Positions 8,303-16,573 of a DNA stretch of 27,237 bases are shown here, one piece after another. How positions within the stretch are numbered: the first letter of the stretch is position 1; every line of letters starts with the position of its first letter. The position numbers and the translations under genes are program-made. Under the pieces are notes generated by a model that was not told where the DNA came from, ran no database searches, and worked only from the letters and a program-made list of their open reading frames with translations. This DNA comes from a virus. Taxonomy: Duplodnaviria; Caudoviricetes. The stretch lies in IMG/VR virus record IMGVR_UViG_3300007778_000327, positions 1 to 27,237 of that record, one strand, 5' to 3'.

Positions 8303-8764
8303 ATGAAAATCGAACTCGGTAAAACCTACTCTGTATCAAACAAATACAAAAAGACTTTTGTTGAGGATAACTTCCTCACCTCAACGATGGAAGGCATGCC
8401 GTCATTTGACCGAATTACTGTATGGCGTTCAGGCACAATTAAGGTGACGCCAATACACGAGTATGAAGTTGAATATCTACAAGAGATGTTAGATGCTGGT
8501 GATGATTGCGACAACTTTGATTTTGATGAATTCGAAGAGGTTGAGTTCGATTCATCATGGGATGGCTATTCGGAAGAGTATGAATCTGGTGATGCGGAAA
8601 ATCTGGCAAAGGTCGAAGAACTAATCGAAGAATATGAGTCGCTAGAAGAAGACGATTATTTTGACTTTATTAGTTACGCTGAAGAGAAATATGAATACGA
8701 CTATGAAGAAGTCACATACTGTATTGAAGGACCGATTGTGGTAGAACTAGTGGAGCTAGATTGA
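8303..8764 (+). CDS. Highly acidic hypothetical protein
   Basis: About 30% D/E by hand count; AAGG SD. Confidence 0.8.
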   Translation: MKIELGKTYSVSNKYKKTFVEDNFLTSTMEGMPSFDRITVWRSGTIKVTPIHEYEVEYLQEMLDAGDDCDNFDFDEFEEVEFDSSWDGYSEEYESGDAENLAKVEELIEEYESLEEDDYFDFISYAEEKYEYDYEEVTYCIEGPIVVELVELD

Positions 8765-8964
8765 TGAAAAACGTGATTAAATCTTTGACTCATCCTGATG
8801 TTCTATGGTTCGTTTCAATAGTTGTGATCGGATCAACTATCGTCGATCGCCTCAAAAACCCTGTGGCTGAACCTATATTTGTTTTGCTGTCGCCAATATG
8901 TTTGATGTATTTGGCGTATGACGCGAGGCGGGTTTTCTACAAATTCAAACCAAAACGGGGGTAG
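8764..8964 (+). CDS. Small membrane protein with two predicted TM segments
   Basis: Two hydrophobic stretches; TGATG coupling. Confidence 0.65.
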   Translation: MKNVIKSLTHPDVLWFVSIVVIGSTIVDRLKNPVAEPIFVLLSPICLMYLAYDARRVFYKFKPKRG

Positions 8965-8967
8965 GCA

Positions 8968-9150
8968 ATGTATGTTGTCCAGATATACACTGAGGCTGGT
9001 TGGCAAACTTACTGCGACGATCGAGGTAATATAATCCGATTTGCTGATTTAGATTTCGCTGAACTTTACTTTAATGATAAAGCAGAGTATAATAAACTTT
9101 GTTATCGCGCAATTGATGAAAGAGATATTGACAATGAAGAAGCCTTCTGA
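8968..9150 (+). CDS. Hypothetical protein
   Basis: 60 aa ORF packed between its neighbours. Confidence 0.6.
   Translation: MYVVQIYTEAGWQTYCDDRGNIIRFADLDFAELYFNDKAEYNKLCYRAIDERDIDNEEAF
9065..9093 (+). promoter_or_regulatory. Promoter for DNA ligase, embedded in the upstream ORF
   Basis: TTTACT-N17-TATAAT. Confidence 0.65.
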
Positions 9151-10420
9151 CTACATTATTGAACTTTGTAAAACCAACTCCCGTCTTGAGAAAGAGTCTA
9201 TCCTAGCTGACGCTATGTCCAACAATGAGTTTGTTCGCGGATTTAAACGAGCTCTGGACACCTTCGAAACATTCGGAGTCAAGAAAGTTGAAGAAGTCTA
9301 TCACGATAACGATACCCTTGACATCGAATCCTACTACCATATGCTTGATAATCTTGCGGCAAGACGTTTGACTGGTAACGAAGCCCGAGATAAAATCAAG
9401 GCGATGTCTACCTCAATAGATGACGTTGAATGGAATATGTTCTATCGACGTGTTCTACTAAAAAATATGGACTGCGGTGTTAACGTTACCACTTGGAATA
9501 AGGTCGCAAAAAAGGTGGATAAATCTTTAGTGGTTCCGGTGTTTTCTTGTCAACTAGCGTATGATGGCGCGAAAGTCGATAATATGTCTGGCGAAAAACT
9601 CGTTGAAATCAAGCTTGATGGTGTGCGTGTTATTGCTATTGTGTACAGCGACGGTCGCGTTTCCCTACACTCAAGGAACGGAAAGCGTTTGGAGAATTTC
9701 CCTAAAATAGAAGAAGCTTTGTCTAAATATGCTGTAGAAAGTTGCCCCCTTGTTTTTGACGGTGAGGTGATGAGTTCATCATTCCAAGACTTGATGAAGC
9801 AAGTACACCGTAAGGATGATGTACAGACTGACGATGCTGTCCTATATCTGTTCGATTGCGTATCTCTTGATGAGTTCACGGCAGGGTATTCGTCCACACC
9901 CCAGCGTGTACGTTCGGAACTCTTGCGTAACACCGTACAACCTGAATATTGTATTCGAGTAGTAAACCAAACGCCTATTGACTTAGATACCGATTTAGGT
10001 CAGAAACACTTTGCGGAAATTAATAGAATGGCTATTAAAAATGGCTACGAAGGTGTGATGATCAAAGATCCCGAGGCTCCATACGAAACCAAGCGTACCA
10101 AGTCTTGGCTAAAAATTAAGCCATTCATAGAAGTAACATTAACAGTAACAGATGTTCAAGAGGGGACTGGTAAATATGAAAACAATACGGGAGCTCTTGT
10201 ATGCGCTGGTCGAGATGCCGGAAAAGACATTCTGGTCAATGTCGGTAGTGGTCTATCTGATGCTATGCGCAGTGATATATGGGCTGACAAAGATTCTGTG
10301 GTAGGTCAGCTGGTTGAGATAAAAGCGGACGCTGTAACCCAAAACCAAGACGGGACATACTCACTAAGATTCCCACGATTTAAATCATTTAGAGGCTTTG
10401 AGCCAGGAGAAAAGTTGTAA
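9134..10420 (+). CDS. ATP-dependent DNA ligase (functional equivalent of T4 gp30)
   Basis: EIKLDGVR, FDGE, YEGVMIK, WLKIK, SLRFPRF; the start at 9134 lies downstream of the promoter. Confidence 0.95.
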   Translation: MKKPSDYIIELCKTNSRLEKESILADAMSNNEFVRGFKRALDTFETFGVKKVEEVYHDNDTLDIESYYHMLDNLAARRLTGNEARDKIKAMSTSIDDVEWNMFYRRVLLKNMDCGVNVTTWNKVAKKVDKSLVVPVFSCQLAYDGAKVDNMSGEKLVEIKLDGVRVIAIVYSDGRVSLHSRNGKRLENFPKIEEALSKYAVESCPLVFDGEVMSSSFQDLMKQVHRKDDVQTDDAVLYLFDCVSLDEFTAGYSSTPQRVRSELLRNTVQPEYCIRVVNQTPIDLDTDLGQKHFAEINRMAIKNGYEGVMIKDPEAPYETKRTKSWLKIKPFIEVTLTVTDVQEGTGKYENNTGALVCAGRDAGKDILVNVGSGLSDAMRSDIWADKDSVVGQLVEIKADAVTQNQDGTYSLRFPRFKSFRGFEPGEKL

Positions 10421-10809
10421 TGACTAATTTTGATAAAGTTGTAAAATTCATGAACACATTCGGTCAGGAAGTTAAGCCTCAACCTGAGCTACCTTCTATT
10501 GACATTCAGGCTCTTCGAGTAGACCTGATTAAAGAAGAACTCGATGAATTGATTGAAGCCCTAGCCGATAAAGATATCGTTGAAGTTGCGGACGCTCTGA
10601 CTGATATTCTTTATGTAACATACGGTGCTGGCGCTGCGTTTGGTATTGACCTTGACGCTTGCTTCGATGAGGTTCAACGCTCTAACATGAGTAAACTTGG
10701 CGCTGACGGAAAGCCGATGTATCGTGAAGACGGTAAAGTAATGAAAGGTCCAAATTATTCAGAGCCAGACTTAAAAAGTACTTTACAAACCCAGGAAGAT
10801 TTAGTATAA
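10420..10809 (+). CDS. MazG/PRA-PH-like NTP pyrophosphohydrolase
   Basis: LIKEELDEL, EVADALTDILYVTYG, SNMSKL, DGKVMKGPNY. Confidence 0.9.
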   Translation: MTNFDKVVKFMNTFGQEVKPQPELPSIDIQALRVDLIKEELDELIEALADKDIVEVADALTDILYVTYGAGAAFGIDLDACFDEVQRSNMSKLGADGKPMYREDGKVMKGPNYSEPDLKSTLQTQEDLV

Positions 10810-10810
10810 T
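10782..10810 (+). promoter_or_regulatory. Promoter for the modification cluster
   Basis: TTTACA-N17-TATAAT upstream of 10857. Confidence 0.7.
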
Positions 10811-10856
10811 ATTCGGAACCTTCGGGAGATTTCGTAAACTATTAGGATCTAAAATT

Positions 10857-12305
10857 ATGGAAAAAGTTACAATTAACGGTCGGCAATGGCAAAAGTATAT
10901 CGGTGACGAAGGGCAAGATGTTTATGTTGCCCTCTTCGTTGAAGACCAAGAGAACCTCATCGGCAAATACGCTGATGAGGATTCATTCGATATTCTCATT
11001 GACAAAGACGCTGACTTTTATCTACCGCCATCGTGTGATGTAGTCGCTTCTACTGACTGCGATAAGCAATGTATCAACTGTATAGGTGAAGACCGTGTTG
11101 CGTTCAAATTCCGTAAGAACGTATTCACGCAGGAAGAACAAGACGGTGCTTATGCTGGTCTTTACAGCGCTGCTGCTGAGTCTAACAACCGTGGTATGGC
11201 TGCTGGTCCTCGAGCCGAAACAAGTCAGGGTCGCGAATGGGTTACTCCGTTCCAGCGCGATATCCTGGACTTCTTTGCTAAGGGTTCTCCGCAGAACGTT
11301 ATGGGTACTGACCCAGTTGAGGACATTATCAAGAAACATGAAACCAAGCAGTACGAAACACGTGGCGAAGTTTGGTTGGTTCAAAAGGTCGAGAAAGAAT
11401 ATGAGGATTACCGCAATTTCTTTGATCAGTGCCTAGCCAAACTCCGTTCCCTTCCGGTAGATGAAGCTCGGGAATATGCTATACACGTTCGCGATACGAT
11501 GATCAGCGGAACTTCCTACGCTACTCCGCTGTGGTCCGGAATCACTGGCTTCTATGGACGCTACCCTCGTATCCCTTATGGTCGTGCTACTAGCCATGTA
11601 GAGCATAACCGAGAAGACTTTGAGAAGTGCTACCCGTTTGCCCGTAAACTCGACCAAGAGTTTGCTCGCTTACTTCCGCAGCGTTATGCGTACCAAAAAA
11701 GATGTGCTGACAGTATCGACCCTAAATTCTTGATTGGCGAGGATACTACCTTTACGACCGTTACAGTCAATACAACTCAGTCTGACCGAAATGCTCGTAT
11801 GGCTTGTCATAAGGATGCTGGTTCATTAAATGAGGGTTTCTCTAACCTTACTGTAATTGCTCCGAAAGGTAAATCATGGAAGGGCGGATACCTTACTGCT
11901 CCGGAAGTTCGCGCAGCTATTGATGTTCGACCAGGAGATCTACTCCTTATTGATAATATGCGAATAATTCACGGCAATCAGCCTATTGAAGCCCCTGACT
12001 CTGGCGAAGAAGACCTACTTCGTATGTCCCTTGTTTTCTACTTCCGTGAGGATATGTTACAACTAGGTTCTTGGGATTATGAGGCGCTGCGTCGTAAGTT
12101 TGTTGACGATCGTCGAACCAACAAAGAACATCCGTTATGGAAAGAGCGATGGAATGGCGTGAGTCCTGGTTTTATGAACGATAATTCAGAAGAATGGTAT
12201 CAATACCTTTTAGAACATGGAGGCGAAGAGTTGATGAAAGAAAACCAACCAGGGTTATGGGATCATTTCAACAACTCTAATGATTTAGAATCATTTTTCT
12301 CTTAG
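10857..12305 (+). CDS. TET/JBP-like 2OG-Fe(II) nucleic-acid dioxygenase
   Basis: FTTVTVN, RMACHKDAG (HxD), GGYL, PGDLLL, IHGN (distal His), RMSLVFYFRE (2OG-binding Arg). Confidence 0.82.
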   Translation: MEKVTINGRQWQKYIGDEGQDVYVALFVEDQENLIGKYADEDSFDILIDKDADFYLPPSCDVVASTDCDKQCINCIGEDRVAFKFRKNVFTQEEQDGAYAGLYSAAAESNNRGMAAGPRAETSQGREWVTPFQRDILDFFAKGSPQNVMGTDPVEDIIKKHETKQYETRGEVWLVQKVEKEYEDYRNFFDQCLAKLRSLPVDEAREYAIHVRDTMISGTSYATPLWSGITGFYGRYPRIPYGRATSHVEHNREDFEKCYPFARKLDQEFARLLPQRYAYQKRCADSIDPKFLIGEDTTFTTVTVNTTQSDRNARMACHKDAGSLNEGFSNLTVIAPKGKSWKGGYLTAPEVRAAIDVRPGDLLLIDNMRIIHGNQPIEAPDSGEEDLLRMSLVFYFREDMLQLGSWDYEALRRKFVDDRRTNKEHPLWKERWNGVSPGFMNDNSEEWYQYLLEHGGEELMKENQPGLWDHFNNSNDLESFFS

Positions 12306-13031
12306 GGTTTTACAATTGTCGAAGTGGTATCTATTCATGTTACCTTTGTGTTTGGATACCACTCCGCAATGAGGGCAAGTTATATCTTCTCTGCTGTTGA
12401 AAGTTCCTCTATATTTCTGTATTCGGGCTAAACGTTTATCTTTGTCATTATAGAAATCTTTCATAGATTGCTTGTGTGTTTCCCTAGCTTCTTCTGTGTG
12501 CATATGATGGTAGTTTAATTTACCGCTTTCTGAAAATTTATCCCTTGCTTCTTCAGATAGGTTTTTATTTGATAATCTTTGTTTTCTTGTCTCTTCGTCG
12601 TAGGCAGCCCAACCCATTTTAGATTTAGATTCTTCATTGTGAGTTTTGCCGAAGAATGGATTATTCTCTCCGGACATCCTTTTAGAATGTAGAGAATTTT
12701 TCCTACTGACATAAGATTCGTACAATTTAGAGTTTATATCTTTTCTAAAGAACTTGACTGCCGAATACGATTGCGATAATACATCAGGAAACGCTTTAGC
12801 GAGTATTAAGTGGGCTAACCTATGCGCCCTAGTTGGGAGCAATATTTTGTTCCAAGGGTTTTCCACTAAGTTTGTGTATTCTGGGAACATATCCTTAGCC
12901 TTTGGACATATGTGGTGCTTCTCGCCTTCGGTAGAGTCATTGTAAGCCTCTATTAACCGAATGTATCTTGACATGTAATGTTTGTTGTGAGGTTTTGATG
13001 CTAATATTGAATAAATAAGTTTGCTGTCCAT
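12291..13031 (-). mobile_element. Free-standing HNH homing endonuclease with NUMOD3 and a C-terminal Zn-ribbon
   Basis: EKHHICPK, NKILLPTRAHRLAH, NUMOD3 GENNPFFGKTH, CPHCG...HFDNC; AT-rich, antisense to its neighbours, AAGGAG SD. Confidence 0.85.
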
Positions 13032-13059
13032 TTACTTTCTCCTTAAGTTGTAGTATAAT
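13031..13059 (+). promoter_or_regulatory. Promoter for the GATase-amidoligase-GNAT genes
   Basis: TTTACT-N17-TATAAT overlapping the HNH start codon and SD on the opposite strand. Confidence 0.65.
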
Positions 13060-13099
13060 AACGGATAGAGTGGTTGGGGCGACCCGCGAACCATACCTT

Positions 13100-13107
13100 T
13101 ATTTATA
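13100..13107 (-). promoter_or_regulatory. Late promoter for the HNH gene
   Basis: TATTTATA on + equals TATAAATA on -, about 70 nt upstream of the HNH ATG. Confidence 0.65.
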
Positions 13108-13161
13108 ATTTTGCGATTTTCAGGGGTTAGCCCTGACATGTGGTTTAGAGGATTTCTTTTA

Positions 13162-13776
13162 ATGTGCGCAGTAATGGGATTTGAATTAAAAAACGTAACA
13201 AGAGATGATATAAGTGCTATCCGCACCCTATTCTTTGAATCACAAATCCGAGGGAGGCACGCTACTGGCGTGTCTTTCCTAAAAGAGGGTAAGATACATA
13301 CGATAAAGGAAGCTGTTGAGGCATCTGAATTTATAAAACATCATCCACCAATCGACTGGGTTGACGAGAACGGTAACATAACAGCTATCGCTCATTGTCG
13401 GTACAGTACTTCTGACTTGCGTTTTAATCAACCTATTGCTGACGAAAAGTTATCTGTTGTTCATAACGGTGTTATTTCGCAAGAACTTCCGGAGAATTGG
13501 TATAGACTCTATGGAATCAAATGCGAAACCGCTAACGACACCGAACTTCTTTTCCATCGCCCTTCTTTAAATGAGTGGGCAAATTCTTCAATTTCCGCTT
13601 TACTTTTGACAGTAAATGGAATAGAATATATGCGTAATGGTAAAAGACCATTATGGTGTGCTGACATTGAACACGGTCGTATATTTGCTTCGACTTCTGA
13701 CATTATAAGTAGAAGTCAATTCAAAACTAAATCAAAAAACCGAGTTAGTTTTGCTGGTATAGACTTACAACCATAG
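13162..13776 (+). CDS. Class II (Ntn) glutamine amidotransferase
   Basis: Starts MCAVMG (catalytic Cys2); RGRHATG, HCRYSTS, NQPI, HNGVI, NDTE; GAGGA SD. Confidence 0.9.
   Translation: MCAVMGFELKNVTRDDISAIRTLFFESQIRGRHATGVSFLKEGKIHTIKEAVEASEFIKHHPPIDWVDENGNITAIAHCRYSTSDLRFNQPIADEKLSVVHNGVISQELPENWYRLYGIKCETANDTELLFHRPSLNEWANSSISALLLTVNGIEYMRNGKRPLWCADIEHGRIFASTSDIISRSQFKTKSKNRVSFAGIDLQP
13599..13627 (+). promoter_or_regulatory. Internal promoter upstream of the amidoligase
   Basis: GC-TTTACT-N17-TAGAAT. Confidence 0.5.
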
Positions 13777-13784
13777 GATACATT

Positions 13785-14657
13785 ATGTACAATAAAGATG
13801 ATTTTACTTGGGGCTACGAGATTGAGTGGGGCGATATTGACCGTCGCCTAGAGATTCCGGAGCATCTAGGTTCTTGGGAATATTCAGAGACTGACGTAGT
13901 AAACCTGCGTCCACCATACAAATACGTTGCTTGTGATCCGCTCGGCGAAGACCCTCCGTTCGGGGGAGAGGTCAATACTAAACCGACCAAAACCTGGGAA
14001 GAACAGGTAGATCGAATCCAAGAGATTAAACAGTGGTTTACTGATCAGGGATGCGAGCCTACTTCAAACTGCCTAAGCCATTCGCATCTACACGTGTATG
14101 TGCCTGAGCTAACTAAAGATCTAGATGCCCTTAAGCGTTTGATCAAATACATTAAAGCGAACCAAGCTGACGTTGTAGAGAACTGCGGTCTATTCCATGA
14201 AGCGGCTTCCATGAAGAAAGCGAAAGGCGCTACCATGTATATGAAATATGACGGTGGACGCCAGATGCCTGATTACATGGCTGACAATATTATTAATCTG
14301 GCTAAAGACTTTGATCACTTCATCAAGCTCCATGCTGCTGGCAAGGACGGTGTTTCGATGGGTCGCCCTTTCCGTTACGCGATTAACACCTACTGCCTAA
14401 AACATACTGGAACAATCGAGTTTCGGTGTTTTCGGGCTACCACAGAACGTAAGCATATGGAATCTATGTTCCGTTTCGTTGAGGCGTTTATTGATGCTGC
14501 CCTAAACGATGGTCCGAGCGTTAAAGAAATTTTGGCTGATGGCGACTATGAGTTTCCGCCATTCCAGTGGGACTTGAATCAGTGGATAGGGCACCAAAAG
14601 ACAAAGTGGGACAAAGACCGTGGCAAAAAACAGCGAGCATACATTGAAGTTGCGTAG
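13785..14657 (+). CDS. Putative amidoligase (COOH-NH2 ligase, glutamine synthetase/GCS fold)
   Basis: TWGYEIEW (ExE), GEVNT, HLHV, RYAIN, TIEFRCF. Confidence 0.82.
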   Translation: MYNKDDFTWGYEIEWGDIDRRLEIPEHLGSWEYSETDVVNLRPPYKYVACDPLGEDPPFGGEVNTKPTKTWEEQVDRIQEIKQWFTDQGCEPTSNCLSHSHLHVYVPELTKDLDALKRLIKYIKANQADVVENCGLFHEAASMKKAKGATMYMKYDGGRQMPDYMADNIINLAKDFDHFIKLHAAGKDGVSMGRPFRYAINTYCLKHTGTIEFRCFRATTERKHMESMFRFVEAFIDAALNDGPSVKEILADGDYEFPPFQWDLNQWIGHQKTKWDKDRGKKQRAYIEVA

Positions 14658-15177
14658 CACGACAGCGGAGGAGTTTACCTCCGCTATATCTGATGACCCT
14701 GCGGATAAGTTCGCCAATACCTTTATTGCGAAGGCGAACATGCAGGGGTTATGGGATAAGTGTATAGGGTTATGGGATGGCGACCAGCTTGCTGGCGCTA
14801 TCATAACGACTGTGTCTAAACGTTCACCAAAAGTAGCAAACCTACAACTCCTCCATACGTTTGCGGCTCATAGGGGTAAGGGTGTTGCCCGAATCCTTTG
14901 CGAAGATTCTCTTGAGCGAGTAAAGGGGCAGGCGACATACTTCCGTGTGTCCTCTGAAATCCCTGCTATTAAGTTCTACGAGAAGATCGGCTTTACTTTC
15001 CAAGGTAAACAGAAAAGTGGCTGCCAGCTATCTATCTTCCGCATAAACAATACTTTCGCTGATAGCTATTATCAGCTAGACGATCCTGTCATCTACTCCG
15101 CAGTACACAAGAAAGGCAAAGGCGGTTGCGTCGAAGTCTTTCTTGAATCACCAAAAGGGTTAGAAGATTTCTTCTGA
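14644..15177 (+). CDS. GNAT acetyltransferase
   Basis: Motif A HRGKGVA, motif B AIKFYEKIGF; start at TTG 14644 or GTG 14620. Confidence 0.88.
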   Translation: MKLRSTTAEEFTSAISDDPADKFANTFIAKANMQGLWDKCIGLWDGDQLAGAIITTVSKRSPKVANLQLLHTFAAHRGKGVARILCEDSLERVKGQATYFRVSSEIPAIKFYEKIGFTFQGKQKSGCQLSIFRINNTFADSYYQLDDPVIYSAVHKKGKGGCVEVFLESPKGLEDFF

Positions 15178-15207
15178 TCCTTATTCCTATTTGATATAAT
15201 AATTTCC

Positions 15208-15236
15208 TTTACTTTTATCCCAGATCCACCTATAAT
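15208..15236 (+). promoter_or_regulatory. Early promoter
   Basis: TTTACT-N17-TATAAT; upstream element shared with the 7822 promoter. Confidence 0.8.
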
Positions 15237-15265
15237 TACCTTGTATTGAGATCGAGGACTATATC

Positions 15266-16573
15266 ATGGCTAAAAAAAATCAAGCGTTCGTATACGGTTG
15301 GAATAATATTCAGAACAAAAAGAAATACGTAGGATTTCGTAAGAGTAGCGAAATCAACGACGGCTACAAATTTTCATCAGAAGACAAAGAGCTTAAAAGG
15401 GATTGGTCAAGAGGTTTACTACACAGGTCAATCCTTTTTGTAGGTACACCCGAAGAAGCTATAAAATACGAAAGCAAACTACTACACCACTTTAACGCAC
15501 GCACCAACGGGCAGTTTTACAACAAGTCAAACGGAGGCGGAGTAGGTTGTAAAGGTTGGGAGGAACTTTCAGAGAGCGTAATTCAGGGAGGAATAGATTG
15601 GGTTGAGAAGGGTATAGAGCCAATCACAGAATCAAAAGACACTTACGATGTAATCGATACAAAACTAGTTAATCGGATTTGGAAAAACTGCCAAGAGGGG
15701 AAATACCAAGTAGTTGAAACTAATATTGAGGAAATTCGTAAATTTGATCACAACCAGGTTCGTTTAGTATTATTAGACCCGAAACACGTACAAGCTATTG
15801 CGGAGAAGATGGAAGACGACCCAGCAGAGGCTCGTACTAACGTTTCTCCAATTATAGTTTGCGTCAGCCCAGACGGTACACGAACTATACTAGACGGAAA
15901 CCACACTTCCAGGGCAGTAGATGTAGCTAATTGGCAATCAGCGCCAGTTATATACTTAAATTCTTCGGAGTTTAATGATAGCCAGTCGAATATGGATAAG
16001 TTTGGTAACGTTGCTAATCACAACCCTAAATTGAAGAAACCAAATAGTTCACGTGATTGCCAGAGAGCTATCACAAACTTATGGGCGAACAACTTTAGGG
16101 ATAATGACCCAAACCTTGAGATCCTACAAAGTGAAAAATTTAAAAACACTTGTTTAGAAGTTTTTTACCCACTTTGGTCGCTAAGGGAGATCGCTTCTAA
16201 CTACAGTAAAGCAGTCATTAACGTAAAAACAGATAAGGCGACAGCTGACCTTAACTTTATTAAATACAGTTCAAAGGAGCTTGACGCTATCGCTAAATCT
16301 GTTAGAGACCGCAACCCTGATTTGGCAGTGATTACGGTATCTTCTGGCGCTTGTTACAACTCTGGTATTGGTGGGGTTCTTAACAAGATGGGCGGTATGG
16401 ATAATTGGAATGGAATGCTTATTATTCACCACGGCAACATTAATGAATACGAGCTTTGGACGGAATCTGAAGCCAAGCTACATAAAGCTTTAAAACGTGT
16501 TCACCCCGATTGCGATATAAAGATTCGAATTCTTAAAGCATTCGAGACGAAACAAAAACGAGTAAATCTTTAA
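15266..16573 (+). CDS. GIY-YIG-like N-terminal domain fused to a ParB/Srx-like domain
   Basis: FVYGW..KKYVG..GYKFSS..E..FYN (Seg-like); SPIIV...ILDGNHT (ParB/Srx motif). Confidence 0.7.
   Translation: MAKKNQAFVYGWNNIQNKKKYVGFRKSSEINDGYKFSSEDKELKRDWSRGLLHRSILFVGTPEEAIKYESKLLHHFNARTNGQFYNKSNGGGVGCKGWEELSESVIQGGIDWVEKGIEPITESKDTYDVIDTKLVNRIWKNCQEGKYQVVETNIEEIRKFDHNQVRLVLLDPKHVQAIAEKMEDDPAEARTNVSPIIVCVSPDGTRTILDGNHTSRAVDVANWQSAPVIYLNSSEFNDSQSNMDKFGNVANHNPKLKKPNSSRDCQRAITNLWANNFRDNDPNLEILQSEKFKNTCLEVFYPLWSLREIASNYSKAVINVKTDKATADLNFIKYSSKELDAIAKSVRDRNPDLAVITVSSGACYNSGIGGVLNKMGGMDNWNGMLIIHHGNINEYELWTESEAKLHKALKRVHPDCDIKIRILKAFETKQKRVNL

Noticed and set aside
12291-13160. Group I intron housing the HNH gene
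   Set aside because: Both flanking genes look complete and the HNH is antisense, which fits a free-standing endonuclease.
13111-13161. Longer GATase start at 13111
   Set aside because: Ntn amidotransferases need an N-terminal Cys, and the SD precedes ATG 13162 (MCAVMG).
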